From positions 595,407-659,406 of the forward strand of contig DCXM01000006.1 in NCBI GenBank assembly GCA_002328405.1: 64,000 nt of DNA, written 5' to 3'. The notes beneath the pieces are model-generated. The model saw only the letters and a program-made list of their open reading frames with translations. It made no database searches and had not been told where the DNA came from. Of the stretch, positions 19,998 through 30,918 are shown one piece after another (within the stretch, counting starts at the first letter, position 1; each line of letters begins with the position of its first letter). Both the position numbers and the translations under genes were made by a program. Source of the DNA: Proteobacteria bacterium UBA2136. Lineage in GTDB: Bacteria; Pseudomonadota; Alphaproteobacteria; UBA2136.

Positions 19998-22900
19998 TTA
20001 CTCATCCCCTTCATCAATACATCAAACATAAGTTCAGCAAAACCACGTGCCACTTGTTCGCTAGAAAGTACTTTGGTAGCCATGTTATCATGCGCATCCA
20101 TGCTTTCAATTACCGCCTGTTGAATGGACTCGGGGAACTTGCCAAGCATAACTTGCTCCTTGGTATTGTTTCGCAGTTGGTCCATAACATCTTCATTCTC
20201 AGATATCTTGCCAGCAATTGTGTGTGCGTAACTGATCATATCTGACTCTGTTAAGTCTTCTTCAATAAACAAGTCATTCATACGTTCAATAATTTCTTGC
20301 AGGAATGCGGTTTGCTTATCTTTGGGTTTGGCTCCAGAGTCGATTTTTGCCGCACGTAATTTCTCACCAGTGCCATCTAGCTTAAGATCTTGACTTCGCT
20401 GTTCGTGTAAGCGGTAATGCGTCATCATCACATCGCTAAGGTCTACATCGTCTCGTGTAATCTCAATACGAAGCATTGGCGTTAGATGTTTAGCAAAGGT
20501 GTTAAGCTTTTCTAGATCTTCATCATCAAAGTCAACAATTTGTGAGCTGAACTCATAAAACTTGCAGTAGCCACCTAAGTCAGCCTTGAACACATCAAGC
20601 TTATCTTTAGCCTCTTTGACATTTTTCAGTGTATTTTCTGCATACTTGATTGCTTTGTCATTATTGTCGGCCTTCGCTTTGTCTAACTCTGCCGTTGCCA
20701 GTTTTATAGCTTCAGCAGCTTCTTTATATTGAACCTGGAATCTTTCAACCGCAGGTTTGCAGATATTTGTTAGTTTAGCTTGGTTGATACGTTTGTTGTG
20801 ATATGCTTCACTAAAAGATTCAACTTCTTGCCATTGATAGATACCTACCGCATTTAACTTATCGAATTGTTCATAAACAATGTTTGGATCTGATACATCG
20901 TTGATTTCAGCTGTTAAATAGTATGTCTTAAATTCGTCTAAAATATCTTTAGGGTCGTTCACAAAGTCCAACACAAATGTTTGGTCCTTACCTGGGTACA
21001 TACGGTTCAGACGGGAAAGTGTTTGAATACACTCAACACCCTTCAATTTTTTATCAACATACATTGCTACAAGCTTTGGCTGATCAAAACCGGTTTGGAA
21101 TTTATTGGCTACTAACATGACCTGATAGTCATTACTATCGAATGCTTTCCTCATATCACGGTTTTTGAGGCCTGGATTCATGTTGTTTTCAGTGTACGGG
21201 TGATTAGGAACTTCTGGGTCATTCACTTCTCCAGAGAAGGCCACCATCGCATTGATGTGCTGGTATCCTTTTTCTTTCACATACTTCTCAAAAGCATTTT
21301 TGTATCTCACAGCTTCTAAGCGGCTAGAAGTTACAACCATAGCCTTGGCTTGACCACCTAAATGATGTTTAACCTTTGCTTTGAAGTGCTCAATGATCGT
21401 TTCAACTTTTTGAGATATGTTGTAAGGGTGAGTGTTGATCCATTTAGCAACTTTGGTGGAAGCTTTGCGCTGATCAACTTCTTTGTCATTTTCAGGGTTT
21501 TTATGTGCAAGCTTATAAGCCACTTTGTAGCTTGTATAGTTTTGAAGAACATCCATAATGAAGCCTTCCTCAATAGCTTGACGCATAGAGTAAACATCAA
21601 ATGCCATAGGCATGTTGTCTTTGCTTGCTGGAAGTTCAGGGTTGGGTGTACGTCCAAATAGTTCAAGCGTTTTTGCCTTAGGGGTCGCCGTAAAAGCAAA
21701 ATAGCTAATATTTTTAGAGCCTTTGCGTGCCTCTAGTGTTAAGCGTAGAATGTCATCACTGCTTAGTTCTTCATCTTCTTCTATTTGCTCAGCCATTAAA
21801 ACTTCACGAAGCTTTCTAGCTGTTGCACCAGTTTGGCTAGAATGTGCCTCATCAGCAATCACAGCATAGTTACGACCAGCAAGGGTAGAGTCCTCACGGA
21901 TAGCATCCAAAACGTAAGGGAACGTCTGTATAGTTACAATAATAATTGACGTGCCTTCTTTAAGCTCTTTTGCTAATTGAGCAGACTTGGACCCTTCGGC
22001 TTCTTCCCTGTTAATACGAGCAATCATGCCAGAGCTATGCTCAAACTGGTAAATTGTGTCTTGTAGTTGACTGTCTAGTACTGTTCTATCAGTAATCACA
22101 ATCACCGAGTCAAAGAACTTATCTTCACCATCGTAAAGAGATGCTAGTTGATGAGAAAGCCAGGCAATAGAGTTTGACTTACCAGAGCCTGCACTATGCT
22201 GCACAAGGTACTTATGGCCTGTGCCTTCATCCTTCACTGTGTTTAGTAGTTTATTCACAACCTTCCATTGGTGATAACGTGGGAAAATCATCGTTTCTTT
22301 TTTCTTGATCGTGCCGTCAAGCTGTTCTTTATCTTCTTTTTCTAAGTGAATGAAGCGATGAAGAATTTTAAGCAAGTTATCTTTTTCGAAGATTTCCTTC
22401 CAAAGGTAACTGGTCGCATATTCGTTTTCATCTGCAGGAATATCATTCCCTGCACCATGGTCACTTGTACCTTGGTCAAACGGTAGGAAGAATGTATCTT
22501 TACCGGCTAGGCGGGTGGTCATAGCAACGTTATATTGGCTCACAGCAAAGTGCACCAAGGCCCCACGCTTAAATGTAAGCAATGGTTCTACTTTACGTGT
22601 TTCAGGGTCTTTCGGCAGGCGGTCTTTCATGTATTGAATTTTCGCATTGTCTAAAGCCTGTTTGAATTCGGACTTCAGCTCACAAGTCGCCACAGGAATA
22701 CCGTTTACAAACAATGTAAGGTCAATACGGCCCTGATAACCATTAGGCGAGTACACTAGCTCTGGCACCACACGGAAGATGTTCTGTTCGTACTTCACGT
22801 TCGCTTCAGGGTTTAAGGCGTGGTCAGGTATGCCTGCACATAGTTTAAACTTAGCGCCTCGGTCCTTAATTTCATTACGAAGCAGCCAAAGTGTACCTTT

Positions 22901-23158
22901 GTCAGGGTTGTTCAGGGTGCGTTCAACCGTTTTAAGGAAGCTAGTCTCAACAGCTGCACCATATTGCTGCTCTAGCTTTTTCCAGCTTTCTGGGTGTGTT
23001 TTTTTCGCGTATGTAATAAGGTCTTCACTATAAAGTGCCAATTCACGGTTATAGTTTGCTGGCTGACCAAGTTGCCACCCACTTGCCAACATATCTTCTA
23101 TAACATCATTCTGGAATGTGTTTTCTATTGTTTGTGCTCTTGCCCTAAGCGTTGCCAT
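19994..23158 (-). CDS. hsdR: Type I restriction endonuclease subunit R
   Basis: RIDLTLFVNGIPVATCELK, QHSAGSGKS, DEAH, FTATP, KFQTGFDQP, QTLSRLNR. Confidence 0.95.
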   Translation of the reverse strand: MATLRARAQTIENTFQNDVIEDMLASGWQLGQPANYNRELALYSEDLITYAKKTHPESWKKLEQQYGAAVETSFLKTVERTLNNPDKGTLWLLRNEIKDRGAKFKLCAGIPDHALNPEANVKYEQNIFRVVPELVYSPNGYQGRIDLTLFVNGIPVATCELKSEFKQALDNAKIQYMKDRLPKDPETRKVEPLLTFKRGALVHFAVSQYNVAMTTRLAGKDTFFLPFDQGTSDHGAGNDIPADENEYATSYLWKEIFEKDNLLKILHRFIHLEKEDKEQLDGTIKKKETMIFPRYHQWKVVNKLLNTVKDEGTGHKYLVQHSAGSGKSNSIAWLSHQLASLYDGEDKFFDSVIVITDRTVLDSQLQDTIYQFEHSSGMIARINREEAEGSKSAQLAKELKEGTSIIIVTIQTFPYVLDAIREDSTLAGRNYAVIADEAHSSQTGATARKLREVLMAEQIEEDEELSSDDILRLTLEARKGSKNISYFAFTATPKAKTLELFGRTPNPELPASKDNMPMAFDVYSMRQAIEEGFIMDVLQNYTSYKVAYKLAHKNPENDKEVDQRKASTKVAKWINTHPYNISQKVETIIEHFKAKVKHHLGGQAKAMVVTSSRLEAVRYKNAFEKYVKEKGYQHINAMVAFSGEVNDPEVPNHPYTENNMNPGLKNRDMRKAFDSNDYQVMLVANKFQTGFDQPKLVAMYVDKKLKGVECIQTLSRLNRMYPGKDQTFVLDFVNDPKDILDEFKTYYLTAEINDVSDPNIVYEQFDKLNAVGIYQWQEVESFSEAYHNKRINQAKLTNICKPAVERFQVQYKEAAEAIKLATAELDKAKADNNDKAIKYAENTLKNVKEAKDKLDVFKADLGGYCKFYEFSSQIVDFDDEDLEKLNTFAKHLTPMLRIEITRDDVDLSDVMMTHYRLHEQRSQDLKLDGTGEKLRAAKIDSGAKPKDKQTAFLQEIIERMNDLFIEEDLTESDMISYAHTIAGKISENEDVMDQLRNNTKEQVMLGKFPESIQQAVIESMDAHDNMATKVLSSEQVARGFAELMFDVLMKGMSK

Positions 23159-23190
23159 TGTTATTTAACCTTAATTATTTGTATCTATGC

Positions 23191-25014
23191 TTATATCGTC
23201 CATATTCTTTTAGAGATGTCTCGATATAAAGTTTGTCTGATGGCCATGTCATCCTTTGTCATCGTAGTGTGTGGCCTAAAATTCAACCCACTTGTTGTTT
23301 CAATTTTTCTGAAGTTTGGATTATTTTCATATGTCAAAGGATGCAAAGATTTCACTAAACAGTTCTCTTTGATGTAATGTTCAAGCTTGTCCTCATAAGG
23401 TTTGTCGCTATATGACTGGTTTGTCCCATTAGGAAGTAGAACTAACCCTCCGATGCTATTTCTAGCCTCTTCAAAGTCATTTCTCTGGTCAAACACACCC
23501 TTAAAAGCTTCATAGTTATTTGCCCATAAATGTTCAATTTCATAAGCTTTACCTTTAACTGGTTTGTAATATTTTACAAAGCTGGACTCTTCACCTGCTA
23601 ACTCATCTACATAGCTAGATAGACGAGATAATAAATACTTAACAAATCGCTTGTTTTGGCCGTGAAGTTTAAATTTGTCATAACCGTCAAAGTCAACATC
23701 CAGCTCGCTAAGTTTCATACGAAGGGTTGTCTGCAAATCTTCATAACTTTTATTTCGGAGTTCTTTGATAAGGTTATACATTGTGTAACTAATCGAGCTT
23801 GCTGAAAAGTTACGGAAATTGATAGATCTTCTTACGCAGAATGCATCAATATACTTTGCAACAAGGTTGATCTTTGAGTTTGATAATTCAACACTGTCAC
23901 CCAACATCAATGGAGCCAACATAAGCGGATAAGCAAGGGATGATGCAATGCCCCACTGTGCAATGTAGTAAACATGCTCTAAGCCAGGTGTAAGGTTAAG
24001 TTCAGCTTCTTTAATGCGTTTATATGCATCAGCATAAAACTTGAAGTCTTCGTTAATAAACTTATGAAACCCTTCTTCAGAGGATGATGTTAAGTTTAGT
24101 TTTACTTGGTTATCACGTACCCAGTTATGAAAACGCGTACCAATGATCTCAAAGTCAGCATTTGAAGAATCTGCTTTTCGTGCCCGCATCGTTTCGGCAT
24201 ATTTACCCCTCAACCATGCTTGGATAAATCTCTGGTCTTCTTCTTTATCGAATGATTTTAATTTTGCTACAACATCTTTCCACATGTTGTTTGCTGTGTT
24301 GCGTCTGTTTTCATCTTTATATTTTGAAAGCAGAAAACCTTTTAGCATCTCTGTCGCGGTAAGGCTTAAGCCACGGTCATTCATCGTTTCAAAAATGGTG
24401 TAGGCATTCTCGTCGCTGTAAGCAATAATTTCTACCAAAACAACAAGCTCTTTTAACCAGTCAACAAACAATGGAAGAACAGCAGGGTCCTTAATTTCCT
24501 CAGGAAATGTTTCTACAATATTATTGTAACGCATTACCATGTTCTTCACTGAAGCATTGCTACTATCTTCAATGGGATAATCACCTTTGTAGTGCAAACC
24601 TTCTAAACATTCAGTTCTTTCAGGAACATCAATGTTGAATGATTTCTCTCCAAATTTATCTGAAAAGATCATTTCTTCCAACTTGCTTTCGCCACTTAAG
24701 TTATTTAAGTAAATTAAAAGAAGGGTTATCGATGTTAAACGTTGCTGACCATCAATAATGCTTCTTTTGCCATCTTTTTCGCTTAGAACAAAAGGGCCTA
24801 AATAGTAACTATTATATGATGCAACATCGCGCCTGCTATGTTCGCTGGAATAATTAAGAAGGAAAGCATTACAAAGGTCTGAAACAAGCTGTTCAATGTG
24901 CTCTTGTTTCCAGCTGTACTCACGTTGGTAGTAATCCACGGTGTATTTTTTGTTGCTTAAAACTTCTAAGATAGACCTGTTCTTAGCTTCAATCTTATTT
25001 TCTAAATGGCTCAT
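23191..25014 (-). CDS. DUF262-DUF1524 (GmrSD/SspE-like) nuclease
   Basis: YQREYSW, IIDGQQRLT, IFETMNDRGLSL; C-terminal EIEHLW...IGGLVLLPNGTNQS (HNH-like). Confidence 0.88.
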   Translation of the reverse strand: MSHLENKIEAKNRSILEVLSNKKYTVDYYQREYSWKQEHIEQLVSDLCNAFLLNYSSEHSRRDVASYNSYYLGPFVLSEKDGKRSIIDGQQRLTSITLLLIYLNNLSGESKLEEMIFSDKFGEKSFNIDVPERTECLEGLHYKGDYPIEDSSNASVKNMVMRYNNIVETFPEEIKDPAVLPLFVDWLKELVVLVEIIAYSDENAYTIFETMNDRGLSLTATEMLKGFLLSKYKDENRRNTANNMWKDVVAKLKSFDKEEDQRFIQAWLRGKYAETMRARKADSSNADFEIIGTRFHNWVRDNQVKLNLTSSSEEGFHKFINEDFKFYADAYKRIKEAELNLTPGLEHVYYIAQWGIASSLAYPLMLAPLMLGDSVELSNSKINLVAKYIDAFCVRRSINFRNFSASSISYTMYNLIKELRNKSYEDLQTTLRMKLSELDVDFDGYDKFKLHGQNKRFVKYLLSRLSSYVDELAGEESSFVKYYKPVKGKAYEIEHLWANNYEAFKGVFDQRNDFEEARNSIGGLVLLPNGTNQSYSDKPYEDKLEHYIKENCLVKSLHPLTYENNPNFRKIETTSGLNFRPHTTMTKDDMAIRQTLYRDISKRIWTI

Positions 25015-26381
25015 GCTACATTTACCTCTTTAGTTTTTTGCCCTGCTGGGTGTTGCCAGCTTCTTACATCTATTTTACCTGTTACCGCTGCGGAGATAAG
25101 CGCTGTACGACGCTCCTTCAGCAGCTCAATAGCCTGTTCTGCCTTTTCAATAGTTTTGTCAATTTTGGCAGTTTGATTGTCTAAGTATGTGACAATTTCT
25201 TGCTGTTCATCTTTCAATGGATAACAAAAAGCTACAGCCTTAAAATCATCTTTATTTAACTTAGGCTGAGCTGACGACGCAGTAGCACTCAAGATCAACT
25301 GCTCTTTGATAGGGGTTGATTGCCCTATATAAGCCATGTATTCACGTAATACAGTTTTCGAATTAAACTTGGCCATGAACATATTAGGAGCAAGAGATGC
25401 TAAACCTTTATCAAAGGGCATTTCATAAAAAAGACCTGCATACGCCCCGACATTTGCAAGTAAAAATTCCCCTCCATGTAGAGACGATTTCTTCAAGTAT
25501 TGATATGAGTGCTCATTAATCCAGACACCATCTTCATTATCTAAATTCTTTCGAAGGTCTGTTAAGCGTACTAATCTGGCATGGTTAGGCTCATCCAAGT
25601 ATTGAACATTACTTTTCAAATCAGCAAATGAACCATTAGCTGTATAATCTGTTAGAACTGTTTTTAAATAAGCAAACTTAGAAGCCACCCAATGCCTTGG
25701 AATTTGACCGAGCCATTCGACGCCGCTGTCTTTCATTTCAGCGTTGGGGTTAAGGCCTTTGGTCACGGCGTGGGAGATAACCGCCTGACGCTTTTCCTTC
25801 AGCAGCTCTATCAGCTTTTCTTGTTTCGCCACCAATTCATCCATCTGCGCCGTTTCATAATCCAAAAACGCCGCAATTTTTTGCTGTTCTTCTTTAGGTG
25901 GCACTAGAAACTCTAAACGCCTAAAGTCTACAAAGTTCATTGACTGTCGCAGACCGCCACCCATGTTGTAAAAGACCTTCGTTGTGTCATAAGAATGTAA
26001 AAGCCTATAAGCATAATCACTTACCAACATGTCTTTCATCGCAAGCTTTAAATACGCTGATGTAATAATACCCCTTTGCTTAGATTGTCCTACACGTAAA
26101 CTTTTCTTGTCATTTTGCAAATCAGTCAATCGTAGAATAATCTCACCATCATTTACAATTTGGTATGTATTAAAAGATTCAGGCAGTAATCCTTGGTTTT
26201 TATCAACGTCTCGTTTGATAATATTACCGTAGCTTAACGATAATACATTAGTTTCTAATCCGTCTAAGTTTTTAACCGCGCCATCACTTACAACTGAAAA
26301 CGCTGGTTTCACATGCCAGTGAGAAGGAATCTCTCCAACCCATTCTATATTGCTATTTTTATAATCATCGTAAGCTGCCAT
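25011..26381 (-). CDS. hsdS: Type I R-M specificity subunit
   Basis: Two TRDs; repeats YKNSNIEWVGEIPSHW / MKDSGVEWLGQIPRHW, PPKEEQQKI, ALISAAVTGKIDVR. Confidence 0.95.
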   Translation of the reverse strand: MAAYDDYKNSNIEWVGEIPSHWHVKPAFSVVSDGAVKNLDGLETNVLSLSYGNIIKRDVDKNQGLLPESFNTYQIVNDGEIILRLTDLQNDKKSLRVGQSKQRGIITSAYLKLAMKDMLVSDYAYRLLHSYDTTKVFYNMGGGLRQSMNFVDFRRLEFLVPPKEEQQKIAAFLDYETAQMDELVAKQEKLIELLKEKRQAVISHAVTKGLNPNAEMKDSGVEWLGQIPRHWVASKFAYLKTVLTDYTANGSFADLKSNVQYLDEPNHARLVRLTDLRKNLDNEDGVWINEHSYQYLKKSSLHGGEFLLANVGAYAGLFYEMPFDKGLASLAPNMFMAKFNSKTVLREYMAYIGQSTPIKEQLILSATASSAQPKLNKDDFKAVAFCYPLKDEQQEIVTYLDNQTAKIDKTIEKAEQAIELLKERRTALISAAVTGKIDVRSWQHPAGQKTKEVNVA

Positions 26382-28384
26382 TATACATGAACCTCTTGTA
26401 GTAGGTTCATAATATCGCGACTGACAATGTCTAGCTCGGCATCAATCTCGCCCAAGTCTCTTGGTGGCTGGTAAACATAGAAGTGGCGGTTAAATGGAAT
26501 TTCATAACCGACGATACCTGTTTTCTCGTCCTTTTCGTCCTTTTTGCTTTCGTCTATCCACGCGTCTGGCACATGCGGTGTAACCTCGCGTGCGAAGTAT
26601 GTGTGAATATCTTCTTTTAAAGGCACGTTTTCATAGTCACGTAGTTCTGGGTTTGCTTCAACTTTTCCTTTAGCGTCTGTGCATGTCTGTGCTTCGTCGT
26701 CATGTTCGCCAAGGTGTTTGCATAGCATTTTCACTTGTGCGGCGCTTAGCTTCACGCCTGGTAGTTTGCCTTTAAGTTCATCTACAAAGGCATCACGTGC
26801 CATGAATTTATCTGTGCTCATGCCATTTAGTGCATTTATAATAGCTGTTTGAACAGTGTCGTCTAACTTCGCCCATGCTTTGTCAGCTGTTAAAGCTTCA
26901 ACACGCTCAACATCTTTCGGGTAGATTGTCAGCTTCAATGGGCGTTCTACTGTGATGCGACGGAAACCGAAGTCTGTATAGTCGAAGATTTTACTATTTT
27001 CATTTTCTTCAAAATTACCGTACATGCGGACAATTTCTTCGATACTTTCGTCTGTTAGGTAGCGGCGTTTACTACCCAAGGACTTACGCATAGAGGCGTA
27101 GAAATTATTAGACGTATCTTCTTTATCGTCCACCGCGGCGTTAATCAGCTGCACTTTGTTTTTACGGTCAGCTGCCTTGGTTGTGGAAAGCACCCAAACA
27201 TATGTGGCGATACCTGTGTTGTAGAACATATCTGTTGGCAGAGCGATGATTGCTTCTAGGAAGTCATTTTCTAGTACATAGCGACGAATTTCACTTTCAC
27301 CACTGCCGGCGCCACCCGTGAAAAGAGGGGAGCCGTTTAAAATAATGCCTACGCGTGAGCCGTTATCCGTCTTCGCGTCTTTCATTTTGCTGATCAGGTG
27401 CATTAAGAACAGTAATGAGCCGTCAGACACACGTGGCAGGCCTGGACCGAAACGACCGTCATAACCTTTTTGGCTTTGCTCGTCGTTAATTGTTTTTTGA
27501 ACCTTCTTCCAGTCCACACCGAATGGTGGGTTTGAAAGCATGTAGTCGAACTTTTCATTGCTTAACTGGTCATTAGACAATGTGTTGCCCAGTTTAATGT
27601 TATCTACCTTCTGGCCTTTAATGAGCATATCTGCTTTACAGATAGCGTATGATTCAGGATTAAGCTCTTGCCCGAATGCGCGAATATCCGCTTTAGGGTT
27701 CATTTCATGCATGTACTCCATACCTGAAGATAGGAAGCCACCTGTACCCGCTGTAGGGTCATAAATAGAGCGAATTGTACCTGGCTTTGTTAGAACGTCA
27801 TCATCGTTACAAAAAACAAGGGATGTTGTAAGGCGGACAATATCACGTGGTGTAAAGTGCTCACCAGCTGTTTCGTTAGAGCTTTCAGCAAAACGACGAA
27901 TCAACTCTTCAAATGCAAGGCCCATTTCATGGTTTGAAACTTTTGAAGGGTGAAGGTCTGTCGCTGCGTAACGTTTAGCAACCTTATACAGAAGGTCTGC
28001 TTCTTGTAACTTTTCAAGGGTGTTAAAGAAGTCAAATTGAATAAAGATTTCACGTGTATTAGGGCTGAATGAGCGAATGTAGGATTCTAGGTTTGCTAGT
28101 ACATTTGTTTCACCTAGTTTACTTAGGTCCATTTTTGATGTGTTGTAGAACGAAAGGCCAGCTGTGTGGGTTAAAACCTTTTCGAGCGCTGCTTCGTCCA
28201 CGTTTGGGCTTTTTTCAAACTTTTCTATTACTGCATTTTTTGTTGGCTCTAGAACACATTCTAGGCGACGCAATAGTGCGAAGGGTAGGATTATTCGGCC
28301 ATATTGGCTTTGTTTAAAATCACCTCTAAGAAGGTCTGCAACTGACCACATGTGCGCTGCGATTGATGAAAAGTTGTTTGTCAT
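26381..28384 (-). CDS. hsdM: Type I R-M N6-adenine methyltransferase
   Basis: [38 protein letters not shown]. Confidence 0.96.
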   Translation of the reverse strand: MTNNFSSIAAHMWSVADLLRGDFKQSQYGRIILPFALLRRLECVLEPTKNAVIEKFEKSPNVDEAALEKVLTHTAGLSFYNTSKMDLSKLGETNVLANLESYIRSFSPNTREIFIQFDFFNTLEKLQEADLLYKVAKRYAATDLHPSKVSNHEMGLAFEELIRRFAESSNETAGEHFTPRDIVRLTTSLVFCNDDDVLTKPGTIRSIYDPTAGTGGFLSSGMEYMHEMNPKADIRAFGQELNPESYAICKADMLIKGQKVDNIKLGNTLSNDQLSNEKFDYMLSNPPFGVDWKKVQKTINDEQSQKGYDGRFGPGLPRVSDGSLLFLMHLISKMKDAKTDNGSRVGIILNGSPLFTGGAGSGESEIRRYVLENDFLEAIIALPTDMFYNTGIATYVWVLSTTKAADRKNKVQLINAAVDDKEDTSNNFYASMRKSLGSKRRYLTDESIEEIVRMYGNFEENENSKIFDYTDFGFRRITVERPLKLTIYPKDVERVEALTADKAWAKLDDTVQTAIINALNGMSTDKFMARDAFVDELKGKLPGVKLSAAQVKMLCKHLGEHDDEAQTCTDAKGKVEANPELRDYENVPLKEDIHTYFAREVTPHVPDAWIDESKKDEKDEKTGIVGYEIPFNRHFYVYQPPRDLGEIDAELDIVSRDIMNLLQEVHV

Positions 28385-28522
28385 TATTCCTTAACCCCTG
28401 AATGTATAAATTTGAATGGCTAATAATATATAAAATCTATTGGAATATATCCAGTTCTTTGTTGAACATTAACTTGGAGTGGTTACTTATAGTTGTAAAC
28501 AATATCATGAACTGTAAAGTAT

Positions 28523-28543
28523 AACTGCCAAAACTGCCAAAAC
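28523..28543. repeat. Tandem 9-bp repeat (AACTGCCAA)x2 with an inverted 14-bp copy at 32740-32753
   Basis: AACTGCCAAAACTGCCAAAAC; CAGTTTTGGCAGTT inside the primase gene. Confidence 0.6.
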
Positions 28544-28604
28544 CTATTTATGTATAGAAATGCTGAGAAATGTCATGACTTTGCACAGTATTTCGGTAAA
28601 ATAA

Positions 28605-29153
28605 ATGGGTATGAAGCGTTATAGAACAGATCAATGTATATCCATTCAACTTGTAAAGGCAAAGCAAGGGCAGCAATATGTGAAAGGCTCATACAGTACT
28701 TACACTGAGCAAGTAAGCCGAACTCACATGAGAGTCATTATATATGCCAACAGCCAGCCAATTCATTCCCAGCTCATTAGGTGTACATACACTGAACAAA
28801 CCTTTGGTGGTGAACGTAAATGGTTTATATGCCCTGTCACAGGCCAAAAAGCTCAAAAGCTTTACCTACCCCCGATCGGTCACACGTTTGGAACATCCAA
28901 AGGACATAACTTGGCTTATCCATCTCAAAACACATCAGGTGAATATGAGCGTACATATCAAAAGCTGATGTTAATTAAAGAACGCTGCAATGGGGTGATT
29001 GCATGCAAACCAAAGAGGATGCACCAAAAGACGTACCTCAAGCACCTAGCCAAATGGGAGCAAGTTTCAGCTAGATTTACTCAACTGTCATTAATCAAGC
29101 TCAAGAAGGCGGAAGAAGCTCATCAGGCTTGGTTGAGGAAGGTCTCAATTTAA
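28605..29153 (+). CDS. Basic hypothetical protein of a family seen in integrative elements
   Basis: FGGERKWFICP...KLYL...LAYPSQ...KPKRMHQKTY. Confidence 0.75.
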   Translation: MGMKRYRTDQCISIQLVKAKQGQQYVKGSYSTYTEQVSRTHMRVIIYANSQPIHSQLIRCTYTEQTFGGERKWFICPVTGQKAQKLYLPPIGHTFGTSKGHNLAYPSQNTSGEYERTYQKLMLIKERCNGVIACKPKRMHQKTYLKHLAKWEQVSARFTQLSLIKLKKAEEAHQAWLRKVSI

Positions 29154-29166
29154 TTTTCTGTACAAA

Positions 29167-29577
29167 TCATGGGCACCATCCTTGACGTTGACCACCATCA
29201 TAAGCTCTTGCGTAGCCTTTTTCAATCAAGGCATTTGAAAGGTTTATGTCATCAGCGTGAATTTCAGCGAGAAGCCGTCCAGCATACTTACCATATTGAA
29301 CTTCATGCAACATCACTGAAGAAGGTGTTATACTTGTTAGATACTCTTTCGCCTGAATGGCCAGCTTTTTCTCTTGAGGGCATTTACCTTTCAACTCTGG
29401 CGTATCTATAGCTAGCAACCTGATTTTGATAACAGGGTTAAATCCGGGCCACGGGTGGGCTTTGACTTCTATAGTGTCACCATCAATGATGCGTAAAACA
29501 GTGGCTGATATTACAGATTCATTTGCATATGCAGTTTTCGAAAGCAGCAAGATAATAAGTGTCAGGATAATCTTCAT
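29167..29577 (-). CDS. Thermonuclease (SNase) family protein with signal peptide
   Basis: IIDGDT, IRLLAIDTPE, GKYAGRLLA, LIEKGYARAYDGGQRQGWC. Confidence 0.9.
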   Translation of the reverse strand: MKIILTLIILLLSKTAYANESVISATVLRIIDGDTIEVKAHPWPGFNPVIKIRLLAIDTPELKGKCPQEKKLAIQAKEYLTSITPSSVMLHEVQYGKYAGRLLAEIHADDINLSNALIEKGYARAYDGGQRQGWCP

Positions 29578-30209
29578 TTTTTAGCACGTATCCATTCAAA
29601 AAGTGGGAAGATACAGGCATATGCAATGAATAGTGTGACCAATGAAGCTGATAAAGCCATTACTGAAAACATGATAGGATACTTGCCGATGAAGGAAAAT
29701 GCCTTGACTGGCGTGCCATCAACCGTGAAGAAGAATGCTAAAAATGGTAAAGCACCCAGCGTGATTCGCTTAAAACTCTTTATTGTAAATGTATATATAA
29801 CTGGTATTAGATTTTTAGAAGGTTTAGGAGCTTTACTTGCAGATAAGCTAAGCATTCTATCAAAAACGCCTACAACCTCTTGAGGGACATCTATAGATTC
29901 CCATTTCTCATCTGTAGATGTTTCATTATAGAAAGAAAATGCCCCATTAAGTTTACGATCAGGGCTTTTACCTCTAGCCAAATAACTTAACCAAGCCTTT
30001 TGCAACAATTCCTCTTGCTTTGAATTAAGTAACCCTGATGAAGTGTCTAGCCACTTGGTTATAATCTTCCAATCATTTTTAATGTCTAGCGGCGCAGAGT
30101 CCTGTTCAGCAATATCTCTTAATATTTCCATATAAACCAATACCATATTGCTTTGAAGTGATCGTGTTGTGTCGTTACTATCAATCTTAATAACACGGTT
30201 ATTCATCAA
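29574..30209 (-). CDS. Membrane protein: N-terminal domain resembling phage polyvalent/virion protein metallopeptidase-like region (no HExxH) plus 2 TM helices
   Basis: DWKIITKWL...AWLSYLARGKSP...EVVGVFDRML; two C-terminal hydrophobic segments; overlaps both neighbours. Confidence 0.65.
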   Translation of the reverse strand: MMNNRVIKIDSNDTTRSLQSNMVLVYMEILRDIAEQDSAPLDIKNDWKIITKWLDTSSGLLNSKQEELLQKAWLSYLARGKSPDRKLNGAFSFYNETSTDEKWESIDVPQEVVGVFDRMLSLSASKAPKPSKNLIPVIYTFTIKSFKRITLGALPFLAFFFTVDGTPVKAFSFIGKYPIMFSVMALSASLVTLFIAYACIFPLFEWIRAKK

Positions 30210-30918
30210 CTTCTACCCCATAAAAATGCTCTCTGAATGTATAATATTTATGACCATATAGATAATGCAGAGACTGTAAAAATTCCTGAGAAAGTACATG
30301 CCCATTAGATGCTGCATCTGATAAATATCTTACACCTGCATAAAAAGGATCTGGATTTTCTGCTGAGGCAGAGGATACATAAGTTGTTCCTAGGGCATAC
30401 TGAGCATCAAGAGATCCTGCATCAGCCCTCTTTTTTATCTCATCAATAATGGGTTGAACATACTCTTTATTGAGAACATGTAAGCCTATATCAGCTTTTT
30501 GGGCTTTATATTTAATATACAGCTCAGAAGCTTTTTGAGGTTTATTAGCATAACCTTTGATAATTGTCATTTGTGCAAAGCGGTGATTTTGATCTGCGGC
30601 CTTCATCACCCAAGGGCGACCAAGCTGAGATTTACCTTCTATTATGTATTTCATACCTAGCACGTATTGAGAAATAGGATCGCCTCGTCGTGCTTTAGGT
30701 AGAAGCTCCTGTTCATCCTTTTGCCTAAAATGGCTTTCTAAGGATGTTTGAGCATCGTCCTCTGCATGAACAATATTAGAGGTGAATAAAAGGGTGAGTA
30801 AGGTCAGTATCCAACGGCTCATAGCAAGGTCTCTACATTCTTTAATTGATATAAAACAGCCGGGTGTTGATAACCGTATCCAGTACAGCGTGGTGTCTTT
30901 AGGTAAAACCTTGGACAT
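30199..30918 (-). CDS. Sel1-like repeat protein with signal peptide (alternative start 30822)
   Basis: ARRGDPISQYVLG, KAADQNHRFAQ, ADAGSLDAQYALG, AASNGHVLSQ; MSRWILTLLTLLFTSNIVHA. Confidence 0.8.
   Translation of the reverse strand: MSKVLPKDTTLYWIRLSTPGCFISIKECRDLAMSRWILTLLTLLFTSNIVHAEDDAQTSLESHFRQKDEQELLPKARRGDPISQYVLGMKYIIEGKSQLGRPWVMKAADQNHRFAQMTIIKGYANKPQKASELYIKYKAQKADIGLHVLNKEYVQPIIDEIKKRADAGSLDAQYALGTTYVSSASAENPDPFYAGVRYLSDAASNGHVLSQEFLQSLHYLYGHKYYTFREHFYGVEVDE

Noticed and set aside
23191-25014. Complete Ssp phosphorothioate system
   Set aside because: No sspABCD or dnd genes in the window; only the DUF262/DUF1524 protein is present.
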